35,413 nt of DNA, taken from NCBI GenBank assembly GCA_016189845.1, contig JACPRT010000009.1, positions 1-35,413 on the forward strand. Direction: 5' to 3'. This document shows positions 8,740-19,050 of this stretch, one piece after another (position 1 is the first letter of the stretch; every line of letters begins with the position of its first letter). The notes under the pieces are model-generated. The model did no database searches and was not told where the DNA came from. It saw nothing but the letters and a program-made list of their open reading frames with translations. Position numbers and translations under genes: made by a program. The DNA comes from Chloroflexota bacterium. Its GTDB lineage: Bacteria; Chloroflexota; Dehalococcoidia; Lucifugimonadales; Lucifugimonadaceae.

Positions 8740-9285
8740 ATGGAATCAGAAACCGTCGCCGGTAACTCCCTGGCCTACGATGTGGTCGAGTTGGCCCTCG
8801 GCTGGGTCGGCATTCTCGTGTCACCACGTGGACTGAGGCGGACTTCACTGCCGGAGCCGTCGGTCGAGGCAGCCATGTCGGCCCTCGGGCCGGAGATCGG
8901 CCAGGCCGCACACGACCCGGGCGCAGTTGGGCCATACATGTCGAAGATCGCTTCCTATCTGAGTGGTGAGGCGGTAGACCTCACGCGCCTGCCCGTCGAT
9001 CCCCATCGAGGGACCGATTTCTTTCACAGGGCGTGGGCCGCCTGTCGAACCATCCCGGCCGGCGAGACGCGAACGTATGCGTGGCTTGCCGAAGCGGCGG
9101 GTCGTCCGCGCGCCGTAAGAGCGGCCGGGCAGGCCATGGCGCGCAATCCCCTGCCTCTGGTCGTCCCCTGTCACAGGGTGGTCGGATCCGACGGCGGCCT
9201 GCACGGATTCGGCGGATCGGTTGGTCTGCCGTTGAAGAGGCGGCTGCTGGAGTTGGAACGCCGGGGCGGGGTTGTCGCAGCGTAG
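8740..9285 (+). CDS. ogt: Methylated-DNA-protein-cysteine S-methyltransferase
   Basis: Active-site PCHRVVGSDGGLHGFGG and the preceding helix-turn-helix TYAWLAEAAGRPRAVRAAGQAMARNP. Alternative TTG start at 8725. Confidence 0.85.
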   Translation: MESETVAGNSLAYDVVELALGWVGILVSPRGLRRTSLPEPSVEAAMSALGPEIGQAAHDPGAVGPYMSKIASYLSGEAVDLTRLPVDPHRGTDFFHRAWAACRTIPAGETRTYAWLAEAAGRPRAVRAAGQAMARNPLPLVVPCHRVVGSDGGLHGFGGSVGLPLKRRLLELERRGGVVAA

Positions 9286-9309
9286 CCTGCCTCTTCCGTC
9301 GTTGCCCGC

Positions 9310-9537
9310 CTACGCTTCCGGCGTCAGCGGCTCTCCGAGCACTTCTGAAAGGGCCGTACGCGCCCGGTCGCGATCGGCCTCGGCGGCTATCAGCCGCACG
9401 GGGATCTGGGACAGCCCCAGGTAGGAAGCGGTGTCGCCCGCTCGCAGCTCACAACTGATGCCCGCCTGCCGGATGATGTCGCGCCACATCTCCGCGGTCA
9501 GCTGGTCGGGGGCGGTCGCAAACACGACCCACTTCAT
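9310..9537 (-). CDS. Small DUF2007-like (putative signal-transducing) protein, 75 aa
   Basis: MKWVVFATAPDQLTAEMWRDIIRQAGI...VRLIAAEADRDRARTAL matches the DUF2007 pattern from memory. The upstream part of ORF 9310..9789 overlaps the vapB promoter and has junk composition. Confidence 0.5.
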   Translation of the reverse strand: MKWVVFATAPDQLTAEMWRDIIRQAGISCELRAGDTASYLGLSQIPVRLIAAEADRDRARTALSEVLGEPLTPEA

Positions 9538-9582
9538 GGCTACATTCTTGCACCTTTGGCGGTGCTGTGGCGTACCAGTAGC

Positions 9583-9617
9583 GGTAGAATAAGGACATAA
9601 TGTGGTAGAAAGGTAGA
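9583..9617 (+). promoter_or_regulatory. vapBC control region: three GGTAGA direct repeats plus a TAGAAT -10 box
   Basis: GGTAGA at 9583-9588 (overlaps TAGAAT 9585-9590), 9604-9609 and 9612-9617 (overlaps the GAAAGG SD region before TTG 9620). Confidence 0.3.
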
Positions 9618-9619
9618 CA

Positions 9620-9874
9620 TTGAGTCTCAACATCAAGAACGAAGAGGCGCACAAGTTGGGGCGCGAGCTGGCAAGGCTTACCGGCGAGAGCGTTACTGCA
9701 GCCGTAACCGTGGCGATACGCGAACGTCTGGAGCGCGTCCGTCGGGAGCGTGGCGCCAGCCTGGCTGACCGGTTGCTCGCGATCGGCAAGGACTGCGCCG
9801 AGCGCCTGCGAGAGCCATATCGCTCGGTGGACCACGCTGAATTGCTCTATGACGAGCGTGGACTGCCTCGATGA
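9620..9874 (+). CDS. vapB: Type II antitoxin, VapB/FitA-like
   Basis: TTG start. N-terminus [39 protein letters not shown] is typical of VapB antitoxins. Stop overlaps the vapC ATG (ATGA). Confidence 0.8.
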   Translation: MSLNIKNEEAHKLGRELARLTGESVTAAVTVAIRERLERVRRERGASLADRLLAIGKDCAERLREPYRSVDHAELLYDERGLPR

Positions 9875-10299
9875 TCGTCGACACCTCTGCGCTGCTGGCC
9901 ATCCTGCGCGATGAGCAAGGCGCGGCCGAGTACGCGCAGGCAATCGAGCGCTCGTCGGTCCGACGCATCTCGGCGGCTAGCTTCCTCGAAACCGCGATCG
10001 TGATCGACGCGAGCGGCGATCCGGTCGCGAGCCGGCGGCTCGCCGAATTCCTCCAGGTTGCGAACTTCATCATTGAGCCGGTGACCGCGGGCCAGGCGCG
10101 GATCGCGCGCGCTGCGTACCGGGACTTTGGGAAGGGCAGCGGACACCCCGCCAAACTCAACTTCGGCGATTGCTTCGTCTACGCGCTCGCGAAGGACTCG
10201 CGCGAATCGTTGCTATTCAAGGGCCTTGATTTCGGCCACACCGATATCAGATCCGCGATGACTCCCGAGGGAGACGAGAGAGACGCCAGCCAGGGCTAG
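9871..10299 (+). CDS. vapC: Type II toxin, PIN-domain ribonuclease VapC
   Basis: [12 protein letters not shown] (first acidic PIN residue), FLETAIV, and later [10 protein letters not shown] (conserved Asp). Confidence 0.85.
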   Translation: MIVDTSALLAILRDEQGAAEYAQAIERSSVRRISAASFLETAIVIDASGDPVASRRLAEFLQVANFIIEPVTAGQARIARAAYRDFGKGSGHPAKLNFGDCFVYALAKDSRESLLFKGLDFGHTDIRSAMTPEGDERDASQG

Positions 10300-13200
10300 G
10301 ATACCCGGACACGTCCCTCACCGAGCATCGCGGACAGTCGATCGGTGAGCTCGGTGCAAGAACGGATCGTGATGAACGGCATATCCAGCCGCACCACCCG
10401 CCCGTTCGTCACGACCTCCAGGGTCACCGACTGGTCGCCGCGGAACTCCAGGAGCATTTTCACGAGGTCTTCGAGCCGGTAACGGTCTTCCAGTTCGCGG
10501 CCGGTCTCGACCAGCCGTACCGTGATTCCACCAGGTTTCGCATGCCCGTTTGCGCCGGGCGCGTGTCCGTTGACGTTGCCAATACCGTGGGTCAATTGAG
10601 TTCCTGAATCTGTAGATGTGTTGGCCGTATTTGATCGCGCAGTCGCGTGCGCGGGGGCCGTAGGTGGGGGCTCGATGGTCTGTGCCGGGCTGGCCTCGGC
10701 GACCGCGGCTTCGTGTCCCGGCAGGTGGTACGCCGCGGCCTCAGCGACCGCGACCGAGACCCGCTCATCGCGGGCGCGGATGGTCCCCTTGAGGGCGACC
10801 ATGTTCCCTTCCACCCACAGTCCGTGCGTCTCTGTGAGGACGTTGTTCCACACGATGGCTTCGACTTCGCCGTCGAGCATCGCGATCGCCACCGACAGGA
10901 AGGGATCGCCTCGCCTGGTCGCCAGGCGCCGTATGCCGCGCACCTGTCCCAGCAGGCTGATCTCCTGGCCGGCCCTTTCCGCGGTGACCTGGTTGGAAAA
11001 CACCACGTGGTCGCCGGCTCCGGCGAGCAGTTCCCTGGTCACCGCGCTCTCGGCTATCTCGATGCCGAGCAGCTCCTTCTCCCAGAGCGCCCGCTCTCGC
11101 TCCGTGACGTCATCGGCCTCCGGTACCTCGAGCGCGGGAAGCGGCGCCTCGACTTCTGCACCGAAGAGGTCGAACATCGACGTCTGGCCGGAGTCCCGCA
11201 GCCGGAAGGCCTGCTGACACAGGGCGATGATGCGGTCGATCGCCGCGAGCAACCCGCCCCGCCGTCCCAGTTCGTCGAACGCCCCGACCTTTATCAGGCT
11301 TTCCAGGACCCTCTTGTTGAGATTTCGGGCGTCGACTCGCTTGCAAAAATCCTCGACCGAGTGGAACTGGCCGCCCCTGGCCCGCGCCTCGACCACCGGC
11401 TGCACCGCCGCCGCTCCGACGTTCTTGACGGCCGCCAGCCCGAAACGGATCCCGGGGCCATCCGCGGTGTCGGCGATCGTGAACGATACCTCTCCCCGGT
11501 TGACGTCCGGGCCGAGGACAGGGATCCCGAGCCTGCGGCATTCGTGGACCGCCTGCGCAAGGCGCTCCGCGTTTCCGGATGCCGCGTCCATGATCGCGAC
11601 GAAGTACTCGGCCGGATGGTTGGCCTTCAGCCAGGCAGTCCAGTAGGCGATCATCGCGTAGCAGGCGCTGTGAGCCTTGTTGAACGCGTAGCCGGCGAAC
11701 GGCAGGATAAGCTCGAAGATCGTTGTAGCGAGTTCCTGTGAGAAGCCCTTCGCGACCGCGCCCGCGACGAACTTCTCCCGTTCGGCGGCCATCACCTCCG
11801 GGATCTTCTTGCCCATCGCTTTGCGGAGGAGGTCGGCCTCGCCGAGCGTGTAGCCACCGAACGCCTGAGCGATCAGCAGCACCTGGTCCTGGTAGACGAT
11901 GACCCCATAAGTCTCTTCGAGGATCTCCCGCAGCGCCTGGTGCGGATACCGGATCGGCGCGCGACCGTGCTTGGCGTCGCAGAAGGTGGTGATGTGCTCC
12001 ATCGGCCCCGGGCGGTACAGGGCGATCATCGCCGAGATGTCGGCCACCGACGAAGGCCGAAGATCCTTGATGTACCGCCGCATGCCGTCCGACTCGAGCT
12101 GGAACACGCCGAACGTCTCGCCGGACGAGAGCATGTCGAAGGTCTTGCGGTCGTCGAGCGGCATCGACTCCAGGGAGAGCTTGATCCCTCGCCGCTCGAG
12201 CAGCTTGATGGCCCGGTCGAGCACCGTCAGGTTCGTCAGACCGAGGAAGTCCATCTTGATGAGGCCGAGCTTTGCGACGGGCCCCATCGAGTACTGGGTC
12301 ATCGGAGGGGAGTCGTCGTCGTCGCTGGTCGGGCGCTGGAGCGGGACGAACCGGGTGAGAGGCTCCTCGGTGATCACGACCCCGGCGGCGTGGGTGCTTG
12401 CGTGCCGCACCGTGCCCTCCAGGCCCTTCGCGATCTGGAACAGCCTGTTCGCCTGGTCGTCGGTTTCGACCAGCGTCGCCAGGTCGGCGCTCTGCTCCAG
12501 GGCGAGGTCGAGGGTCATGTTCAGGCGTTGCGGGACCAGCTTCGCCATGCGGTCGATCTCGGCCTGCGCGACGCCCATCGCCCGCCCGACGTCGCGTATG
12601 GCGGCCTTGGCGCCGAGCGTGCCGAACGTGATGATCTGCGCGACGTGGTCGCGGCCGTAGCGGCCGACGCAGTACCGGATCATCTCGTCGCGGCGGTCGT
12701 CCTGGAAGTCCATGTCGATGTCGGGCATCTCGCGGCGTTCCAGGTTCAAGAAGCGTTCGAACACCAGGCGGGTGGGGAGCGGGTCGACGTAGGTGACGCC
12801 GATGCAGTACAGGACGACGCTCGACGCGGCGCTGCCGCGCACGCTCATCAGGATCCCGCGTTCACGGGCGAAGCGGGCGAGGTCCCACACGATCAGCACA
12901 TATCCGGCAAATCCCGTCTTCTCGATCACCATGAGCTCGTAGTCGAGCCGGTCACGTACCTGCCGGGACGCCTTCGGGTACCTGCGCGCGAATCCCTCTT
13001 TCGCGAGGCTCGTCAGGTATTCGTACGCGCTCTCACCGTTCGGCGTAGGGAAGAGAGGCAGGCGAACCTTGCCGAATTCGATCCGGACCTCGCAGCTGTC
13101 GGCGATTCGCTGACTCTCTGCGACCGCCTCGGGGAGCTCAGGCCAGAGCGTTCCCATCTCCTCCGTGCTCTTCAGGTAGTACGACTGGTCGTCGAACCGC

Positions 13201-13901
13201 ATCCGCTTCGGATCGTCGACTGTCGAGTTCGTCTGAATGCAGAGCAGGATGTCGTGGAGCGAGTGGTCTTCCTGGCGGACGTAGTGGGAGTCGTTGGTCG
13301 CGACCAGCGGGATGCCCGTCTCCCGCGACAGCTCGACCAGCCCCTTGTTGATTGCCGGCTGTTCGGGCACGCCGGCGTGCGACATCAGTTCGAAGTAGTA
13401 GCCGCTCGGGAAGACCTCGCGGTACCAGCCTGCGGCGTTGCGTGCCTGGTCGAGCTGACCGTTGGCGATCAGCTTGGGGATTTCGCCCGAGGGGCACCCC
13501 GAGAGCACGATGATGCCTTCCGAGTGCTTCTGGAGCAATTCGCGGTCCATGCGGGGCCGGTAGTAGAAGCCCTCGAGGTGGGCCTTTGACTGGAGTGCGA
13601 CAAGGTTGCGGTACCCGGCGTCGTTCTTGGCCAGCATCGTGATGTGAAACGGGAAACGGTCGGCCGGGTCCTTGTCGAACCTGCCGCCCGACGCGACGTA
13701 GCCCTCGCATCCGATGATGGGGCGGATGCCTGCGGCTCTGGCCGCGGAGTAGAAGTCGATGGCGCCGTACAGGTTTCCATGGTCGGTGATCGCCAGGGCG
13801 TTCTGACCGAGCTCCCTGACGCGCGCAACCATGGCCTCGACACGGCTCTGGCCGTCGAGCAGGCTGTACTCAGAGTGGTTGTGCAGGTGTACGAACGACA
13901 T
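10296..13901 (-). CDS. dnaE: DNA polymerase III alpha subunit
   Basis: PHP domain [17 protein letters not shown], then polymerase palm/fingers and an OB fold across about 1200 aa. ATG 13901 preferred; an upstream GTG at 13913 is also in frame. Confidence 0.95.
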   Translation of the reverse strand: MSFVHLHNHSEYSLLDGQSRVEAMVARVRELGQNALAITDHGNLYGAIDFYSAARAAGIRPIIGCEGYVASGGRFDKDPADRFPFHITMLAKNDAGYRNLVALQSKAHLEGFYYRPRMDRELLQKHSEGIIVLSGCPSGEIPKLIANGQLDQARNAAGWYREVFPSGYYFELMSHAGVPEQPAINKGLVELSRETGIPLVATNDSHYVRQEDHSLHDILLCIQTNSTVDDPKRMRFDDQSYYLKSTEEMGTLWPELPEAVAESQRIADSCEVRIEFGKVRLPLFPTPNGESAYEYLTSLAKEGFARRYPKASRQVRDRLDYELMVIEKTGFAGYVLIVWDLARFARERGILMSVRGSAASSVVLYCIGVTYVDPLPTRLVFERFLNLERREMPDIDMDFQDDRRDEMIRYCVGRYGRDHVAQIITFGTLGAKAAIRDVGRAMGVAQAEIDRMAKLVPQRLNMTLDLALEQSADLATLVETDDQANRLFQIAKGLEGTVRHASTHAAGVVITEEPLTRFVPLQRPTSDDDDSPPMTQYSMGPVAKLGLIKMDFLGLTNLTVLDRAIKLLERRGIKLSLESMPLDDRKTFDMLSSGETFGVFQLESDGMRRYIKDLRPSSVADISAMIALYRPGPMEHITTFCDAKHGRAPIRYPHQALREILEETYGVIVYQDQVLLIAQAFGGYTLGEADLLRKAMGKKIPEVMAAEREKFVAGAVAKGFSQELATTIFELILPFAGYAFNKAHSACYAMIAYWTAWLKANHPAEYFVAIMDAASGNAERLAQAVHECRRLGIPVLGPDVNRGEVSFTIADTADGPGIRFGLAAVKNVGAAAVQPVVEARARGGQFHSVEDFCKRVDARNLNKRVLESLIKVGAFDELGRRGGLLAAIDRIIALCQQAFRLRDSGQTSMFDLFGAEVEAPLPALEVPEADDVTERERALWEKELLGIEIAESAVTRELLAGAGDHVVFSNQVTAERAGQEISLLGQVRGIRRLATRRGDPFLSVAIAMLDGEVEAIVWNNVLTETHGLWVEGNMVALKGTIRARDERVSVAVAEAAAYHLPGHEAAVAEASPAQTIEPPPTAPAHATARSNTANTSTDSGTQLTHGIGNVNGHAPGANGHAKPGGITVRLVETGRELEDRYRLEDLVKMLLEFRGDQSVTLEVVTNGRVVRLDMPFITIRSCTELTDRLSAMLGEGRVRVS

Positions 13902-14041
13902 CAGTGCGACCACAACGTTTGTGACCAGGAGCGGGGCGGCGACACGATTCTAGACCGCGTCCGCGACGCCCTATTCCACACAGGTTCCACAGGCCGCTGG
14001 CAAATCGCTTCGCCGTTCCGGGAAAGTGCTGCCGTCATGCG

Positions 14042-14047
14042 TACAAT
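14042..14047 (+). promoter_or_regulatory. Candidate -10 box TACAAT, 8 nt upstream of ATG 14056 (leaderless-type)
   Basis: Sequence reads gTACAATccgctcccATG, with no Shine-Dalgarno. Confidence 0.3.
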
Positions 14048-14055
14048 CCGCTCCC

Positions 14056-15270
14056 ATGCGCGAGGCGCCACATCTCGACTTTCCACTCTCCGAATATCGT
14101 GCGCGACTTCACAAGTACCGAATGGCACTGGAGTCGAGCAGGCTCGATGCCGTCTTGCTCGGCACGCGCGATAGCGTCGAGCACCTGACGGGCTTCAGCA
14201 CGGTCTCGTGGCGGCTGCGGGAGAAACGTTTCTGGACGATCCTTTCTCCGGACCGCGGACCGGTCCTGATAGTCGACTCGGTGCATCTGGAGAATGCACG
14301 TGCCACCAGCTGGGTCGACGACGTGCGAATCTGGCGACGAGGCGATGCTGGCGGAGTGAAGCAGGTCGCTGGCATCCTGCGCGAGTTGGGCCTCGACCGA
14401 CGCAAGACCCTTGGCCTGGAAGTAGGCAAGTCCGCCGATCTGCGCGTCACGCCACGGGAATACGCGGAGCTTGCCGGGCTTCTCACGGATGCGAATTTCG
14501 TCGACGCCACGGATGCTCTCGCGGGCGCGCGGATGGGCAAGTCAGAATTCGAGGTCGAGCGGATTGCCAGGGCCTGCGAGATCACCTGTGCCGGGATGCA
14601 AGCCGGCTTCGAGTCGATCCGTCCAGGGATGACCGAACGAGACCTGCTGCGGGTGATCGCCAGCGAGTGGCTTCGACTGGGCGCAGACAGCGCCTACAAC
14701 TCGACGAATCCCGGCTACCTGTCGGTGCAATCTGGACGCGCGCTTCAGATGGGACCATCGCCGTCGTCCAGGCCCGCGCAACCGGGCGACCTGATCCAGG
14801 TCGATGGCGGCGCTGTCTACCGCGGCTACTGCTCGGACATCTACCGGAACGCATTCGTTGGTGAGCCGCCAGCTCGATTGCGTCGTTACTCGGAGGCCTG
14901 CGCGGAGGTCCTGGCGCGGACCCTGGACGCCGTCAGGCCGGGGGTCACGTCACGTGAGATCGCCGAGGCTTCGGACGCGGCGGCACGTACGGCTGGCGTA
15001 TACGACAACCGGCGACCGTTTTCCGACGCCGTGTCGGACCGGAGCTCCATACGGATCGGCCACGGCTTCGGCTGGAGCCTGGTCGAGCCGCCCCTTATCG
15101 ATCTGGATGACCAGACAGCGTGGATGCCCGGTATGTGCGGCGGGCTTCAAATCTCGATCGGCGACCCTGAAACCGGTTACATCGAATGGGAGGACAACTT
15201 TGTGGTCACTGATGCTGGTCGCCGCGTCCTGACTGCCGATCTTCCGCCAACGCTCTGGGTCGCTCGATAG
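14056..15270 (+). CDS. M24-family metallopeptidase (Xaa-Pro peptidase / creatinase-fold hydrolase)
   Basis: Creatinase-type N-domain (LDAVLLGTRDSVEHLTGF). Pita-bread motifs VDGGAVYRGYCSDIYR, IGHGFGWSLVEPP and IEWEDNFVVT, with most metal ligands recognisable. Confidence 0.8.
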   Translation: MREAPHLDFPLSEYRARLHKYRMALESSRLDAVLLGTRDSVEHLTGFSTVSWRLREKRFWTILSPDRGPVLIVDSVHLENARATSWVDDVRIWRRGDAGGVKQVAGILRELGLDRRKTLGLEVGKSADLRVTPREYAELAGLLTDANFVDATDALAGARMGKSEFEVERIARACEITCAGMQAGFESIRPGMTERDLLRVIASEWLRLGADSAYNSTNPGYLSVQSGRALQMGPSPSSRPAQPGDLIQVDGGAVYRGYCSDIYRNAFVGEPPARLRRYSEACAEVLARTLDAVRPGVTSREIAEASDAAARTAGVYDNRRPFSDAVSDRSSIRIGHGFGWSLVEPPLIDLDDQTAWMPGMCGGLQISIGDPETGYIEWEDNFVVTDAGRRVLTADLPPTLWVAR

Positions 15271-15330
15271 CCCACCATCCCCGCACCGGCCGACCGCTAC
15301 ACATCACCGCCGGATCGGCGGCCGTGCGGC

Positions 15331-16587
15331 TTACGGCTCGTAACGGGCGAAGACCAGGCAGGCGTTCTGGCCCCCGAACCCAAAACTGTTCGATAACACG
15401 TAGCGGACGTCGGCCTTTCGGGCGCTCCCGGGCACATAATCCAGGTCGCATTGCGGGTCCGGGACCTCGTAGTTGGCGGTCGGATGGATCACGCCCTCGC
15501 CGATCGTCTTGAGGCTCACCACCGCCTCGAGCCCACCTGATGCGCCGAGCGAATGCCCGATCATCGACTTGGTCGAACTGATCGGAACACCGCGGGCCTG
15601 TTCGCCGAACGCGAGCTTGATCGCCCTCGTTTCCGCGGCATCGTTGAGCGGAGTCGACGTCCCGTGCGCGTTGATGTAACTTACGTCTCCCGGCTGCAAA
15701 CCGGCATCTTCGAGCGCCCATTTCATCGCGCGTGCCGCGCCCGCGCCGTCCTCGGGCGGCTGGACCAGGTGAAAGGCATCCGACGACGCCCCGTACCCGG
15801 CGAGTTCGCCGTAGATTCGGGCGCCACGCGCTCGGGCGTGCTCTTCGCTCTCCAGGATCACGATCCCCGCGCCCTCCGCCGGAGCGAAGCCGTCGCGCTT
15901 GGCGTCGAATGGCCGGCTGGCGTGTTCCGGGTCGTCGTTGCGCCTGGTAAGCGCCTGGATCGTGCAGAAGCCCCCGAGCCCAAGCTGGCAGATTCCTGCC
16001 TCCGCGCCGCCAGCGATCATCACGTCGGCGCGTCGGCGTAGGATCGCCTCCCTCGCCTCACCGATCGCCTGCGTGCCGGCAGCGCACGCGGTGATTGTGG
16101 TGTTGCTGAATCCGGTTGCGCCGAAGACTCGCGACACGTTGGCGGTCGCCATGTTCGGCAGGATCATCGGGATGAAGAACGGGCTCATGCGCATCCCGCC
16201 CTTGGCGACCATGATGCGGCCCTGTTCCTCGGTTTCCGGCAGCCCGCCGATCCCGGTTCCAAGGAGCACGCCAACGCGGTCCCGCTGTTCGGCCGACATG
16301 TCCAGCCTGGAATCGGCAAGGGCCTGTGCGGCGGCCCCGACCGCCAGCTGCGAGAACCGCGCCATCCGCCGGGCTTCCTTACGGTCGACGTACGCCGTGG
16401 GGTCGTACCCGCGCACCTCGCCCCCGATCTTCGTCGGGTAGTCGGTCGTGTCCACGAGAGTGAGGGGAGCGATGCCGGACTTGCCGGCCTTCAGCCCCGC
16501 CCAGAACTCGTCGACCGAATTCCCGAGCGGCGTGAGGGCCCCCAGGCCAGTCACAACGACACGGGTTTGCGATGAAGGATTGGGCAA
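15331..16587 (-). CDS. fabF: Beta-ketoacyl-ACP synthase II
   Basis: VVVTGLGALTPLGN, active-site TITACAAG (Cys), INAHGTSTPLND and GHSLGASG (His-His), C-terminal NSFGFGGQNA. TTG start with GGAG upstream. Confidence 0.9.
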   Translation of the reverse strand: MPNPSSQTRVVVTGLGALTPLGNSVDEFWAGLKAGKSGIAPLTLVDTTDYPTKIGGEVRGYDPTAYVDRKEARRMARFSQLAVGAAAQALADSRLDMSAEQRDRVGVLLGTGIGGLPETEEQGRIMVAKGGMRMSPFFIPMILPNMATANVSRVFGATGFSNTTITACAAGTQAIGEAREAILRRRADVMIAGGAEAGICQLGLGGFCTIQALTRRNDDPEHASRPFDAKRDGFAPAEGAGIVILESEEHARARGARIYGELAGYGASSDAFHLVQPPEDGAGAARAMKWALEDAGLQPGDVSYINAHGTSTPLNDAAETRAIKLAFGEQARGVPISSTKSMIGHSLGASGGLEAVVSLKTIGEGVIHPTANYEVPDPQCDLDYVPGSARKADVRYVLSNSFGFGGQNACLVFARYEP

Positions 16588-16632
16588 CGTGCAAGACTCC
16601 GTAGCGCCACGCCGGAGGTGGCTTCTGAAAGC

Positions 16633-18063
16633 TTACACTCCGGTTGCGGTGATGGTAGGCATCATGTCGCCCCTGAGCGTCGGGTACAGCTCGGGTTCGA
16701 TGCCCTGTATGGTCTCGATCACCTCTGCGGCCACGAACAGCGAACCGGTCGCGAGGATCACATCGTCGTGCTCGGCGATGGCGCGCGCGGCCCCGTAGGC
16801 CGCCTGCGTGGTGGGCGAAACCGCGGCCACCTCGAGACCCAGGCCCCGGAGGGCGACCGCCAGTTCCACCGGGTCGACCGCCTTCGGGTGCCGAGTACGC
16901 GTCGCGATCACCACCGGTCGCAAGGGCGCCAGCCGGCGCGCCGTGTCGGTCGCGTCATGGCCCCGCGTGCCCCCGTATATCAGGATTACCCGGCCGCGGT
17001 GCGGAAACCGGAACTCGAACGTCGAACGAAGCGCGTCCGCGGAGTCGGCGTTGTGCGCCCCGTCGACCACGACCGACGGACCCGCGTTCGACAGTATCTG
17101 GAACCGCGCCGGCCAGCTCGTCTTCGACAGCCCTCGCTCGACCGCTTCCTTCCGCAGTTCCAGCCCGGATGCGGCAAGCGACTCCAGCGCGGCGATGGCG
17201 GTACGCGCGTTGTCGACCTGGTGCAGTCCGAGCAACGGGAGATCGATGTCGTAAGTGGCCAGCCCCGACGCGACCGTGACGCGCTGGCGCTCGCCGGCCA
17301 GGGCCGGCTCGCCAATCAGACGTGTCGAGATCATTGCGTCGATGATCGGCGAGCCCACCTCGCCAGCCCTGTGCGCAATGACGGCCATGGCGTCTTGCGA
17401 CTGCCTGCCGACCACGACCGGCACGCCTGGCTTGATGATGCCGGCCTTCTCGGCCGCGATTTTCGGGACCGTGTCCCCGAGCACCGCGACGTGGTCCAAT
17501 CCGACCGGCGTGATTACGGCGACCGCTGGGCTGACCAGATTCGTGGCATCCAGCCGGCCGCCGAGCCCGACCTCGATGACCTGGACACGGCAACCCTCGC
17601 GGCGGAAGTGGTCGAACGCCATTGCGGTGAGCAGCTCGAAGACGGTTACGGTGCCCCGATCGCCCATGCCAGCGACGGCGTCGACGTGCGTCCACAGATG
17701 GGCGATAAGGCACGCGAATGCGTCCTCTGAAATCGGGCGACAATCGACCTGGATCCGCTCGCGGAACGTGTGCAGGTGTGGCGACGTGTAAAGGCCTGTC
17801 CTGAATCCATGCGCCACGAGTGCGCTCGAGACCATCGCGCAGGTGCTGCCTTTGCCCTTCGTGCCCGCCACGTGGACGGTCGGAATCGAAAGGTGCGGAT
17901 CCCCCATGAGGCCGAGCAGCGTCTCCATGCGGAGGAGATGAAAATCCGGGGGCTCGCCCGCGCGGGCCTTCCGCTCGAAGTCAGCGAGGGTTAGCAGGCG
18001 CTCGACCGCGCCCTGATAGGTGGTCGTAGGCGTTCTCTCCGGCGCGGCAGCCGATTGGATCAA
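16633..18063 (-). CDS. folC: Folylpolyglutamate synthase / dihydrofolate synthase
   Basis: Mur-ligase P-loop VHVAGTKGKGST and an N-terminal LLTLADFE...LLRMETLLGLMGDP pattern. Start placed at TTG 18063, which overlaps the upstream SDR stop (TTGA). The remaining upstream ORF overlaps the SDR gene. Confidence 0.8.
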   Translation of the reverse strand: MIQSAAAPERTPTTTYQGAVERLLTLADFERKARAGEPPDFHLLRMETLLGLMGDPHLSIPTVHVAGTKGKGSTCAMVSSALVAHGFRTGLYTSPHLHTFRERIQVDCRPISEDAFACLIAHLWTHVDAVAGMGDRGTVTVFELLTAMAFDHFRREGCRVQVIEVGLGGRLDATNLVSPAVAVITPVGLDHVAVLGDTVPKIAAEKAGIIKPGVPVVVGRQSQDAMAVIAHRAGEVGSPIIDAMISTRLIGEPALAGERQRVTVASGLATYDIDLPLLGLHQVDNARTAIAALESLAASGLELRKEAVERGLSKTSWPARFQILSNAGPSVVVDGAHNADSADALRSTFEFRFPHRGRVILIYGGTRGHDATDTARRLAPLRPVVIATRTRHPKAVDPVELAVALRGLGLEVAAVSPTTQAAYGAARAIAEHDDVILATGSLFVAAEVIETIQGIEPELYPTLRGDMMPTITATGV

Positions 18064-19007
18064 TGGTCGCGGATATGGCTGGGCATTCTCCCCAGCATGA
18101 TCCGCACGGCATCCCAGTACGTGACGCTTCGAATGAAGTCTATGTTGCCACGAAGGGGCCGCGGCTTGAAGCGAAATTCGGACTCGACCAGGCCCGGTTT
18201 TCCGACGCTGTCGTAGCGCAGCATGCGGAACTGGTCGGGCGTTACCGGCGGCGACTCCATGAACCACGACATCGCAATCACGGCCGGGCCCATGACGGCC
18301 GGCGGCACCGGGACCTGCAGACGCCGTTTGCCCATGGCGCGGGCCACTGTGCTCACCATCTGCCGGTAAGTCAGGACGTCGGGTCCGCCGAGCTCGAAGG
18401 TGCGCCCGATCTTGGAATCGTCCTGCAGGGCACGTACACAGACCTGCGCGGCGTCTTCGACGTGGATGGGTTGGAAGCGGGTCTTCCCCCTTCCCGGGAT
18501 GGGGACGATCGGCGCGACTTTGACCAGTGCGGCCATTACGTTGAAGAACTCGTCGCCCTCGCCGAACAGCGAAGAGAACCGTGCGACGGTCGTCGGGATT
18601 CCGCTGGCCCTTGCTACCTCTTCTCCCTCCCACCTCGAAGCGAAGTATGGTTCGGGGCTGCGCGGGGCAGCGCCTATGGCGCTCACGAAGACCGAGCGCC
18701 GTATGCCGGACACCGAGGCAGCCGCGTACACGTTACGGGCGCCCTCGACGTTCACAGACCTGAACGTGGCGCCTCGTCGTTTGCGGACGACCGCGACCAG
18801 GTGAATCACACCGGTCGCGCCATCGAACGCCCTGTTGAGCGAGTCGGCGTCCCCGGTGTCCCCGTAGGCCACCTCGGCCCCATACGGCTTGACGATATCC
18901 GCCTGGGCGGGGCGGCGTATCAGGACGCGGACGTCCTGATTGCGTGCTCGCAGGGCCGCGACGACTCTTCTGCCGAGGAAGCCCGCGCCGCCGGTCACGA
19001 CTATCAC
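18060..19007 (-). CDS. Atypical SDR / NAD(P)H-binding protein (NmrA / NDUFA9-like)
   Basis: VIVVTGGAGFLGRRVV Rossmann motif at the N-terminus. GTG 19007 preferred, with GGAGG 5 nt upstream. The longest ORF reaches 19133 and an ATG at 19052 is an alternative. Confidence 0.75.
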   Translation of the reverse strand: MIVVTGGAGFLGRRVVAALRARNQDVRVLIRRPAQADIVKPYGAEVAYGDTGDADSLNRAFDGATGVIHLVAVVRKRRGATFRSVNVEGARNVYAAASVSGIRRSVFVSAIGAAPRSPEPYFASRWEGEEVARASGIPTTVARFSSLFGEGDEFFNVMAALVKVAPIVPIPGRGKTRFQPIHVEDAAQVCVRALQDDSKIGRTFELGGPDVLTYRQMVSTVARAMGKRRLQVPVPPAVMGPAVIAMSWFMESPPVTPDQFRMLRYDSVGKPGLVESEFRFKPRPLRGNIDFIRSVTYWDAVRIMLGRMPSHIRDH

Positions 19008-19037
19008 GTGCGCCTCCGCTCTGGAACACCCTGAGCG

Positions 19038-19043
19038 TATGTT
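19038..19043 (+). promoter_or_regulatory. Candidate -10 box TATGTT, 7 nt upstream of ATG 19051 (leaderless-type)
   Basis: Sequence reads gcgTATGTTattagacATG, with no Shine-Dalgarno. Confidence 0.3.
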
Positions 19044-19050
19044 ATTAGAC

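Noticed and set aside
11940-13589. 549-aa ORF on the plus strand
   Set aside because: It is antisense to dnaE, whose identity is unambiguous. The translation is Arg/Gly/Asp/His/Val-rich with no motif, as expected for shadow frames in high-G+C DNA.
15307-15321. Hairpin CCGCCG-GAT-CGGCGG between the convergent M24 and fabF genes as a terminator
   Set aside because: The stem is only 6 bp and there is no flanking T-tract on either strand, which is too weak to call.
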